A stretch of DNA of 64,000 nucleotides from Nageia nagi. Taxonomy: Eukaryota > Plantae > Pinophyta. Numbering within the stretch: the first letter of the stretch is position 1; each line of letters begins with the position of its first letter. Position numbers and translations under genes: made by a program. The stretch is taken from assembly GCA_050084985.1 (NCBI GenBank), contig JBITNC010000001.1, positions 147,498,001 to 147,562,000 of the forward strand, given 5' to 3'. The notes below the pieces were generated by a model, which saw only the letters and a program-made list of their open reading frames with translations, searched no databases and was not told where the DNA came from. Below, piece after piece: positions 1-11,574 of this stretch.

Positions 1-1869
1 ACCATTTTGCTAGGATTAAGGTTAAAATATTTTCTATATTTATTCCCTTAATACTTTAAGGTATCTATAGATACTTTAAGCATTAAGTGGATTTATAGTT
101 TGGGTTTACATTAAAGAGAGATATTACATAATAATGCATTATAATTTCCAATAGTGAAAAAATTAAACCATTAGCGGCTTGCATCTTTGTGAATACATTA
201 TGATGATTGATGAATAATATTTGTTACTTCATATTTATATGACTGCAATGAAATAACATTATTTATTATTATTTATTTGATGCCATATTTCTAATATATG
301 CTTCAATAATATGTTGTATACAAATAGTGCATTGATTCATCATTTATGCATTATTTTGGGTCTACAACATGAATTTGTATTTGCATCATATTTCATGCAA
401 GGGATCCTATCACCTCCTCTAGACCACACATGCTACCCCTTGGTCTCTTTCTTCCCCCATAGCTCCCAAGCCCCTTAGGTCCCTTCAACCCACCATTCCA
501 CACCCCTCTTGTTAGCCAACTGGTGCTCCCATATCTCATTTTCAAGGTGGTTGAAAACCCCCCACATTGCATGATTCATCCATCCCTCCTCCACCCCATA
601 GCTAGTCCATCAGCCCCCCAATCTACTTTTCTACACTCAATTACCATCCTTTTATGAGCACATGGAGGCATTTTACCCTTCTTCACAATAGGCCTAGCTC
701 TCCTCTGAGTCACCTTTAATGGGGATGGCATGCAATGTAGGCTTCCTCCTACCATTAATTTTGGTGCAAGCTTGGTGGATGGGAGTTATGTTTTTGTCTG
801 CTTGTAATTTTTTTAAATAATTTTTTATTATTTATTAAATAAATGGAGGTGATAATTTTGAGGGCTATTTTTTTTAATAAACAAAGAAGTTTAATTTTTT
901 AATACATGTGGGAGTTAATTTTTAATGAGGAAATTATTCAAATGGATAATTATTTTTATTTATTTATTAAACTTATAAAAACATAGGGAATTTTTTAAAA
1001 AAAAGTGGGAGAGGAATTTTTAAATTAACCTTTTTTAAATAAGGTTATAGCCTTTTTTTTATAAACATATATTAATTTTTTCTATAATAGTATTAACAAT
1101 GTTTAATGTTATTTTAATTTGTTTTTTAAGAGAAATTTGCTATGAATATTTTTAATACTAGAGGGGTAAATTTTTTAAGCAAGCTATTGCTTTATAAAGA
1201 AAGGGGGAAGATGATTTTTAAAGGAGTTTAGGAAGAAAGAAAAAATTATAATGACGATTATTCTATATATTCGATGGTATGTTATACATGATGTGCAAAT
1301 GCCACCCATTCTTTTTGTATGAAGAATGTTTCTTAATATAATAGAAAGGTTTTTCATTAAAAAAAAAAAAAATAGAATTTTGTTTTTCAAACTCTTTTAA
1401 AATAGGGAGGAAATTGTTTTTGTGAAGTTATTTTTTTCCTTGTTCAATTTTTTTCCTCTCTAAGGTAAAATTGCAAAGGGGTTATTAATTCTTTTTGCTA
1501 TGGTAAAAATGTGATAATTTTTTTCCTTAGTATTAAAAGTTAATTTTTTTTTATTGTAAAATTACAATGATATTTTTTACCTGGGTGTTTTTTAAATGTT
1601 GAAGGGAAATATTTTGCTAAAGTTCAAATATTAATTAAAAGGGGGGAGACTCCATTTTTACTTAAAATAATGAACTCGCATATCATTTTATAAATAAGTC
1701 CTCTTACGATTATTAAAAAAACTCATTGGACTCTTAGATTTCATTTTTATGGATGATGTATTATTTTTTTAAGCATTTCACTTTATGTTGAGCACTTTTC
1801 TTTTATTATTTTTTGCAAAAATTGCAAACATTGAAAGTGCACCCCCTAAAATGAACACATCCACACGTG

Positions 1870-3490
1870 TATTCCATAACATGACTTATTTGAGGAGCCA
1901 TGAGAGGAGGAAAAGGTAGATTGTAGCCTTCAATTAAATGATCCAAATGATATAAAATTCATAATTGTTAATCATCCCTAATTATTTTGTTTATCTATAC
2001 ATAACTCCATATAACTGGATAGGCATGTATGTAGTAATACCATATGTTCGCATGTCCATTTAGGGATCATCTTGATAACCTAGGAGGAAAAATTAAAACC
2101 TAATAAATATAATAATTTTATTGATCTAACATACATCACATACTTGAAAAATAGTTAATAATCCTCTTTGTGTGAGTATATTATTAACTAAGAGAAACTA
2201 AATTATGGTTCGTAGGACTTAGTCTCTATGTGAGCATCCAAATGAAGGCCTAATTTTAAATAAGTAAACAAGCCTCAACTTTTCCTTCTCCACAACATGT
2301 TACTTGGTTATAACAAATGGTTAATTAATTTTAACAAATATCAACATGTATGTATGATTGATTTTAACAAACTCAATATGTTTGATTAATTTTGTTCATA
2401 AATTTAACATGCTTATATTAGTTAATACTTTCACCTTCTTTTGTAGCAAATGGAAGATTCGTTTACATCCAAGTACATCCTAGATAATTCAAAATACAAT
2501 TTTGGAAACATAAAGAATGACTTGGGCAACTTATATGATCTTTCATGCAATATTAGATGAAGTTTAGGGTTTTTCATAAGGAAAATTTGGCTATAAAAAA
2601 ATTGGAAAAATTTGGCTATCCAATTTCGATGAAAGGCTAAAATGTTCAAATTGGAGTTCTAAATCATGGCTAAATTTTTCACTTTTGAATTTTTTTTACA
2701 TAAAGCTATTTCATAATTTTTTTTAAACATTTATAAAAAAAAATTGGCTAAACATAAATTGCTAACAAAAAACATTTCAACTTTCAAAGTTTCAAAATAA
2801 TGTTAGAAAAATACTATGATATTACTAAAAAATTACATAAATAATATTAAAAAAAATTATAAATTTAATGTTTTTTTAAAATATTCATCTTTATATTGAT
2901 ATTCATTATTTCAATGTTTCATATATATATATATTTTTTTATTTAAAACTATTTATGCACAATTAAAAAATATTTATATTTAATCAAACCAAAAGTAATT
3001 TTATAAATTTGTAATTTTATTAATAAAAATTCAATTCTCAATCATTTAAGGGATTAAAAATTTAAAATTTTAACATATTCAATTTTTTAATTGGTATAAA
3101 TATTTTTACTACAAAATAAAAGTTGAAATGAAGGTCCATGACCCACCCTTATTTTGTCTATTGGGATGAATAACCATCTCTTATAAGAGCATGACCTTGC
3201 ATTGGTCCCAAGTAAAACTTTACAAAATATTCTATTTTGATGAAATTTACATGAATATAAATATAAATGTATCACAAATGTGAATCATACATCAAATTTG
3301 TAACATGGTTAAGCCACAATTATAAAAAAGATGAAGGATTTTAAAATAAACCATTAAAATGTTGGTGTATTGGTTAGAAGTTACAAGTTTAAATTTAAAG
3401 CTTAGGCCATGTCTATAGCATTCCATCACCATGCACTTGGAGAACATATGTTTCAACTTTGTATTGCATTATCATGGTATTTAAGCATTT
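1870..3490 (-). pseudogene. Possible exon remnants of an OTU-like cysteine protease domain of the type attached to Mutator/FAR1-like transposases
   Basis: Minus-strand pieces, in order: VETYVLQVHGDG-(frameshift)-CYR (~3415-3460), resembling the OTU DVxGDGNCGYR motif; WDQCKVMLL*EMVIHP (~3160-3210); HLIEGYNLPFPPLMAP (~1890-1945). They are separated by AT-rich intron-like DNA and are heavily decayed. Confidence 0.35.
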
Positions 3491-3555
3491 TCCTAAGAAA
3501 AGCTATAGATTTTCTAATTCAAGTTAGTGATCTTTGATTTTGGTGTGCGATTTGC

Positions 3556-3948
3556 TTAATTACACATGGCATGGATCTCATTCTCCTTCACTAATAGAAG
3601 ATGCTTCTTTATGGTTGTATTCCTTGCCTTCACACTTTCTTCTCATAAGAAAATAGAATATAAACTTCAATTGCATGGAATATGCCACTTGAACTACATA
3701 TAGGCGAAATGTTCTATGAAGAAGATAGGAATACAACCTATAAGCATGGAGTCAAAAATGGAATTTCGGGTGAAGGATTCCCCCTATAGTTGGAGGCAAA
3801 ACATGAACTAAATGAATAATTACATCACATGGATGGGCTCATGACATACGATGGAGCCTTGTTCTCATTTTAGCATCCAACAACAAGGAGAAGTGAAGCA
3901 TTGTTAGAGAATATTTTCCCTAATGAGGTGCTTCTCCAATCCCAATTT
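3556..3948 (-). pseudogene. Fragment of an exostosin/GT47-A xyloglucan galactosyltransferase (GT17/MUR3/XLT2-like), C-terminal part
   Basis: Manual single-frame translation through stops: GLEKHLIRENIL*QCFTSPCCWMLK*EQGSIVCHEPIHVM*LFI*FMFCLQL*GESFTRNSIFDSMLIGCIPIFFIEHFAYM*FKWHIPCN*SLYSIFL*EESVKARNTTIKKHLL. It matches the GT47-A signature [28 protein letters not shown]...Y.W.LP...YSVF. The ORF track misses it because of multiple stops. Confidence 0.88.
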
Positions 3949-6663
3949 CAAAGCTAAAGATAATGTACTCAAATGGTAAACATGGTGCATTCACATGATA
4001 AAAATATGACATACTCAAATGCTAGAGATGATGTATTTTAATAGTAAAGATGACATCATCAAATGATAAATTGGTAAAGACATTATATGATATCTTTGAA
4101 GATTTATTGCATTAATGATATGTGGCATGCATCAGAAAAAAATTAGTATTACTAATATGTGGCATGTGCCATGTAGTTTAACTATAAAAAACAAGAAAAA
4201 CTTGCCAAACAAGAAAAAGAAAATATTAAAATTAACAATTGCAATTATGCAATACTCTATCAAGAGGGAGAAAGGATCTATGAAACTCTAATTTCCAAAT
4301 TCCAACCATAGCATTGGATAGTAGATAGCCCATTGTATTAAGTAGATATGTTATGATTTTAGTTTTCCATTTTCAAATGATCTTGGTTGCATGTTATTGA
4401 GATAATGAGATTTTCAATTTTCATTTGCCACATTGAGAAAACCAGGAGGCTGGATCATAAATTTATTATTTATCCACTACACAGATACACAAGAACTATT
4501 AAGCTTTCAAATTGAACTAATTTTTGGATAAAAAATAATCTACTTTATCAATCCACATTAATGATATATTTATTATTAGTTAAATAAAATATATAGGCTA
4601 CTTTGTTAAACTATATGATAATTGGAAAATTCCAAAATGCCAAGGTAAAAGGGATTTTTGGGTTTCTAATCTTCATTGTTTGGTGTATATGTTGAACTGT
4701 ATCCATCAACTTTATATCATCAAAAACACCATGTAATAGCATCCTCACATCACACCTATTTTAGATTCAATATCTATATTTGAAGATTCATTTATTATTA
4801 TGCATTATCTCCTTACTTCATAGGCTACTACATTGCCACTTGTTAAAATAGATATAGCTTAGTATAGGTTAAATTTTAGCATCATTCTCTATGATTTGAG
4901 ATCAAAACTTGATCTTTGCATTCATATAAACATGTACTAAATTTGCTCACACATATGGACCACTCATCGGTTGATTCCCATCAACTAATTTTACAATATG
5001 AATATCAATAATAATTGTGGCAGTTCATGTTGAATAATTAACATGATGAATGAGGTCATAATTATTTTTTTTATATCCTTGGATGTATAATAAAGTTTTA
5101 ATATAGAAATTGTAATTTCAATGAGATAATACCATCATAGAGATATCTTTTGCATATATATAGAAGATAAGACATACATGTACTCTAATACATTAACCTT
5201 ATCAAAAAGGTTTTTTTTTTTAATCCATTCCTAAATTTCACGATGACAACACCAATGAAATGGTGTACTTATGTATGTGTCTACAAAATGCATAGATTGT
5301 AACAAAAAATTGATTAAGTGCATTATTTAGAATATTAATATTTATTATCTCTTTGTACACACAACATATTGGCAACTTATTCAATATCATAATGTATAGT
5401 CATTAAAGCCTTTAGATAAGGCCTAAAACTCATATGAACCCTTACCATGAAAGTGCATGGACAATCACCTTTAGAGAGGACCTCTTTCAATTCAAAGTAT
5501 GTACCAATTTTAAGTTTTACTAAAATGATCAGCATACATGAATGCTACAAAAGGTTCAAGGAATGTACAACCCTAAATGAGAAAGTCCCCAATCTATTCA
5601 AAATAAATTTGCTTATCAAAGGAAACAAAAATTTTCAAGGGACACTTTAAATATTTTTTAGTGGTCATGTTAAGAGTTTCTAATGCTTGCAAAACCAATT
5701 AAAATTTTATTACAAATAGGGGACCTTGAGACTTGAGTGATCCAAATCAAAATTGTAATTAGAGCCTTGTCTATTCATAACCCACTTGGATATGTATCTT
5801 ACTTTTACCTAATAGAATTAATGAATTCAAGTGTTGCATGAAAAATAATCACCTTAAAATGGACTCTAGAGATAATGAAATGTTATTATATCTCTTGTGG
5901 ATACATTTGCAGTTATAATTTGTACATTATGGTCTTCAATGAAAAAGATTATTGAAGGAAGGATATTGAACTTCTATAAACAACACACTAGTGAAAATGT
6001 CATTTTTAGTGAAATGTAATGCGAACTGAGAAGTCTACCTTGAGCATCATTCTTCACTCAGTGGTAGTGATAGAATATTATAGAATTCTATGCACTTTGA
6101 TAGAATAGATTCTGCACAAATTGGCTCTATTTTTTCATGTGGGTAGTGCCTCCTTTAGGGCTTGCTATTAGTATGGTATTTTTCCTATTAAGATCTTCAA
6201 GATCTTGCTGCAATGACTAAATGTAGTTTGTGATTTTTGAGACTATTGTAGATTTGTCAAATTGCAAAAGAATAGTGAGAAAGGTTGTTAGCTATGGAAA
6301 TAGGCAATTATTTCTATATAACAATAAGTAAAGTGTTCATAGCTAGCAAAAGAAGCAAGATTATAATTTAATGTATCTAATTTGTTTTGCATTAAAAAGA
6401 TTAAACAATGGTACAATACTATGATAAAATATTCCAAGTTTATTATACCATATAGCTCATATACAAAAGTTGATGCAAGCTATGCATTGGGTAATTATGT
6501 CAATCATTTATATTATTGTACAAACTTGATAAATGCAATAAAAAGTAGTCATCAAGATTGCTAAGAGCAATGCTTTAGCCCTAATTATAGAAAAAGTATT
6601 ATTTTCCATTGAGAAGTAGATCAAATATTAAACTATTTATACCATAATCAAACAAATTCTTTC

Positions 6664-7600
6664 TCAACACTCAAAATGCTCAAAGCACATACCCAATAAA
6701 TTTGAGAGCTTTCAAACTATTTATGCCATGGTGGGCCTATCTCCACCATCCTCCTATAAGCATGCTTTGGCCAAAAGCCCCACACTCATAACACTATATA
6801 TGTGGTAGGTGTTATGCAACTTTCAATCTATTAACTTAACTTTTCTTCTCTATCTTCACATTCCAACAAGATCTTCATCTCTCTCCATAAGAGCTTCACT
6901 TTTCCTATTTCATCCTTCAACATGGTTTCCTTGCCTAAAATAAGCTCAAGAAGGATAACACCAAACACAAACAAATTAGTCTTTAGAGACACCAATCTAT
7001 TAACTTTTTGTTTCAGTTCCATATATCCCTTTGAGCCCTTCTTGATATGCTTAGTTGATACATTCATTCTAGATCTTGTGATCCCAAGATTTCTAATTTT
7101 ATCCCTAAGTTTGGTGTTGAGAAGGACATTACTAGTCTTTAAGTCCTTATGGACAGTATTTGGTTTTCTGTGATCATAAATGTGCATAAGCCTAGGCTAC
7201 ATCCAAAGCAATTTATGACTATGCTTTCCATGTAATACCACTACATCCCACATTAGATATCCTATTGTTACAAAGCCACATATCCAAAGAGCCATTATCA
7301 ACATATTCATAAACCAAGTAGAATTCATCCTTGGAATGAATGAATAAGCCCTCCAATTTCACCAAATTCTCATGTTCCACCTTTTGCAAGGACTTCAACT
7401 TTTGAGAAACATCTCCTTTCATTCTCTTAATAGCAACATCTCTATCCTTTATGGTGCCTTTGTACATTGAACCTCCAATGTGGGACATAACACTAAAATT
7501 TTGAGTAGGTTTGCTTAGAACTCATGGGGAATACATAATTAATTTGTCCATAGAGCCCCACATACCACCACCAAGAAGTCTTAGTGCTATACCCATTTCT
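6664..7600 (-). pseudogene. LysM receptor-like kinase, LYR type (NFP/NFR5-like): juxtamembrane and pseudokinase domain only
   Basis: ORFs 7219-7488 and 6831-7187 plus flanks read LLGGGMWGSMDKLIMYSP*VLSKPTQNFSVMSHIGGSMYKG (no GxGxxG loop), VAIKRMKGDVSQKLKSLQKVEHENLVKLEG, YLVYEYVDNGSLDMWL, IALDVA, VHKDLKTSNVLL, KIRNLG (DFG replaced), FVFGVILLELILGKETMLKDEIGKVKLLWREMKILLECEDREEKL, SVGLLAKACL*EDGGDRPTMA*IV*KLS. Stops and frameshifts are present; no LysM or TM part. Confidence 0.85.
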
Positions 7601-10251
7601 ATATTCACCAACTTGGACTTTATGCTTGGTGAAAACTATTTTACTTCTGTGGAGGCTTGGAATAGGTTGAATAAAATCTACCTTGGTTTCAAATTCTCTA
7701 AGAGGTTCATTATTATTTAAAAATTATTACAATCATTTCAAGAGGAAAATGAAATTGTTGCAATTTACTTAAATAAGATCATTGATCTTATAATATAACT
7801 TATGGGGTGTGGCTGAAATTGGATCAACAATGAGTTTATATTGTTCATCATCTTTTAAAGTATCTCTTCTAAATTTAGTCACTTCATAATAGTTATTAAG
7901 ATGAGGCTCTATGATGAAGAAGAGGTGTACTCCTTAGAAAATATTTTTAAGGCTTCTTCTAAAATATGAGGGTACTCATTTGAGCTCAACTCATACTCCT
8001 GGTACATTAAGAAGGGACTTTCTACTTTGGTGAAAGGATCAATGAAAGATGATCTCTACATTATGGATCAAGTACCAACAAACATATGCATTGCTATGGA
8101 TGTTTTCTTTAGAGAAAATCTTTGGAACCATTGATTATGATACCTTAACCATAAGATCAAATAAGTTATAAAAAATCAAGGACTTGTATAAGGTTTGCCT
8201 TCAATTTCATCCATAATTGATCTTTATCATATTGCATCTTAGACAATATAAATAGGCAAAAATTGAGAAATAAAAGGCAATAAGGAAAATATAACCTCTT
8301 CATCTTGTGTATTTAGATTTGATGGGTCCATTTTAGACTAAGTCTCTTGGGGAATCATCTTATTTCTTAAACTTCATCAAAGACTTTATCAAGATTACAT
8401 TTGGTTATCTACTCTAGCATAAGGATCAAGGCTTTGACAGGTTCAAAGATGTCAAAGTCTTGGTTGAAAATCAAACTAACTTCAAGATCAAGATGCTAAG
8501 ATTTGATAATGGGTGTGAGTATAATAGAATGAGTTCAATGAATTTTGTATCAAATAAGAGATCAAGAGATAGTTCATGATCCCTTACACCCCTTAGTAGA
8601 AAGGTGTTATTAAAAGAAAGAATAGAACCATTTAGGAAATTACTAAGTGCATATTGGTAAATCTCCCTAGTTTCTTATGGGGTGAATATGTAAAGACTGT
8701 GATCTACACCTTGAATAGGTTCCCTATAAAGTAGTTGAATGAAGAACCTTATATGAGGCATGGACAAGAAAGAAACCTAACATTTATTATCTTAAAGTCT
8801 TTAGTTGTGATGCTTATACCTTCATTATTTCTAAAAAAAGAAAGAATTTGGATTAGAGATATGAAAAGTGTATCTTTATGGGCTATGAAATGTAGCATAG
8901 AGGATATAACCTTTACTCTCCTTTTTCTAGAGCAGTTTTCATCTCAAGAGATGTAAAGTTTGATGAAATTACTAATTAATTTGCTTCCTATGAGGACTTG
9001 GATGATCTTGATGACTCTTTTTTTGCACCTACCTAGTTGGATTTTAGTGTAGATAAGTTATCTCATAATAAAAATTCTTGAATACAAAGGATAACAAGAA
9101 GTATGAGCTTAAACAAATCTTTGTTGACCAAAATTGATAACAAGCATTAGCTCTCATCATTTAAGGAAGCTTATAAGCATAAATATTCTATGGAATCCAT
9201 GAAAGTGGAGTATGAGGCTCTGATAAAAAATCAAACTTAGTGCTTGGTTCCTTATCCCAATGATCAAAATGTGATTGATAATAATTGTATTTACAAGGTA
9301 AAATACAATCCAGTAAGAGAAATTGAGAAATACAATGAAATGTTAGTAGTCAAGGATTTTGTTTAAAAATATAAAGTTGATTATGAGGAAACCTTTGTTC
9401 CAATGGAAAATATACCCATAGTTAAGTTAATCCTTTCTTTTTTAGTAGCTCTGAGATGGAAATTTTTCCAACTTGATATCAAGAGTACTTTTCTCAATGG
9501 TGACTTACATGTGGATATCTAAATGAATCAATAAGGAGGTTTGTTGTGAAAGGAAAAGATTCCCTTGTATGCAAACTAAATAAGTCCTTCAATGGAATTA
9601 GGCAAGCATCTAGGGCCTAGTATAAAAATATTTTAAGATATTTTTTGGATATTGGATTCTCTAAGTTCTTGTCCAATTCAAATCTATATGTGCTCAATCA
9701 AGGATAAGAATTTGTCTTGATTCTTATCTATATGGATGATCTTCTTATTATAAAAAATAATGATGAAATCATTCAAGAGTACATATCTAAACTTAAGGTA
9801 ATATTTGAAATGATTGATCTTGGTATCTTGCACTACTACCTTGGTATGTAATTATACTAATACAAGGATTGTACCTACATTAGTTAATCTAAGTATATCT
9901 TAGATATTTTACAAAAGTTTGGAATGGAGGAGTGCAAATATTCTATGATCTTAGTCTCTCTTGGAATCACTTTGTCTCTTAGCTCAACTCTCAATTGGTA
10001 GATGCTATGTCTTATAGGCAATTAATAAATGATCTACTTTATTAAACTATCTCTAGGACATATATTACCTTTTTTATAAATATTATGTTATGGTTTATGT
10101 AGAAATCATATGTTGAGCACCTTAATGTTGTTAAGAAAATATTGAGGTATGTTGCAAGAATAAAGAATCTTATTCTCAAGTGTTCCAAGTTTCACTTGTT
10201 TATTCTCTTAGGGTATTCAGATTAAGAACATGGGAGATATAGAGATGATAG

Positions 10252-11560
10252 TGAAGTAATTTAATATTCCAAGGTTTTAATTATGGTAAAATTTTGAATG
10301 TTGATGACCACTAACCACCTATAATGTCTGCCTATTATTATACCTATTAGATTTAGATGTACTTCTTTAGTGATGCCCATACTCAAGATCTACTCCTTTT
10401 ACTGATATAGATATGACTTTTTACTTCTTCATTTATGTCCATACTCTTATCTAATTTTATGGGTGCTTCATTTATATTTCTTATTCCCATACTACCTTCT
10501 CTAATTTTGTGGGTGCTTCATTTATGTTTGTACATGGATCTGCAATCCATGAGTTCACATGGAGCTTTCTACACTCCAGTTTCTTGTTGTATAAATAGAG
10601 ACTTCATCTTCCATTCTCTATGAGAGAATACTAAATGTAATATTATGTTACCATTTTGGTTCTAAAATATAAATCATATCCACTTATTCTATAATACATT
10701 ATGGTTGTGCAACATGTTATCTCTTTGAAGCTTGTATGCTTGAGAAACACTTGTAGATTTTCCATCTCTAATCTAGGTGATATTTACTTATTTGAGTACA
10801 TTTTACTTCATGGGTACTTGTTTGTATTCCCATTTTTGAGAAAATAGTTTTGTTATCTTATGATTGATCAAATGAACTTTGTTTTTTTTTATTATCTTTT
10901 AAGGGATAGATCTTTTTGTCTAGATCTCCATTATGTGTGATTCCTTCAATAGATTGTTAGTTGTAATACCTTTCCAACATATCTTTTTTGCCATCATTAT
11001 TGGTGGAACACACTTAGAAATCCTAAAATACAAAACCTACCTTTTTTGTAGTCTTGCTCAATGAATCTTGAGATGTCTATTTATTTCCAACTTATTTTTT
11101 ACCCTTCCATCCATCTTGAAAGCATTCTAAACCTACACCATAAAATAGAACATTTATTACCAATCATTTTGATAGGTCATAGTGCTAGGTTTTATTAGGA
11201 ATTGCATAATATATGGGATCTAGACTTTTTCCACCCTCATCCTCCAAACTATAGATTCCACATAATTGATTTTTCCAAAGTCTTGGTGAAATACTATTGA
11301 CCAAAATCTTTTGAAACTTTGGCATTTCTAAATTGCACTTTTTTCATATTCCTTCATAACTCTATCATCAATACTCTAAGTTCCTTTAGTGTGTTTGTTT
11401 TCTTGAAGATACAATGAATCCTTACCCATCAAATTATACTAGAATCCCAACCAAATTTATGGTATATGATTTTGGATCCTTGACCTTCCAAAATCATCAT
11501 TTTGATTCCAAATTATTCAATTGGTATCAGAGCTTGGAGCCTTAATGCTCTAAATATTCA
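10252..11560 (+). repeat. 5' LTR of copia B
   Basis: TG...CA (ends AAATATTCA); roughly 80% similar by eye to 15571-16917. Confidence 0.92.
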
Positions 11561-11562
11561 AT

Positions 11563-11574
11563 TGGTATCAAAGT
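11563..11574 (+). promoter_or_regulatory. Primer-binding site (tRNA-iMet) of copia B
   Basis: TGGTATCAAAGT, 2 nt after the LTR end, versus the canonical TGGTATCAGAGC. A perfect TGGTATCAGAGC also lies inside the LTR at 11522-11533. Confidence 0.85.

Noticed and set aside
400-790. Locally GC-richer patch as promoter or exon
   Set aside because: No ORF, motif or partner repeat was recognised.
4690-5000. Possible CACTA transposase remnant on the minus strand (DAITWCF**YKVDGYS)
   Set aside because: It is a single weak motif with no supporting domains or termini.
7511-7720. Plus-strand ORF as a novel gene
   Set aside because: It is a chance read-through from the antisense LYR fragment into copia gag.
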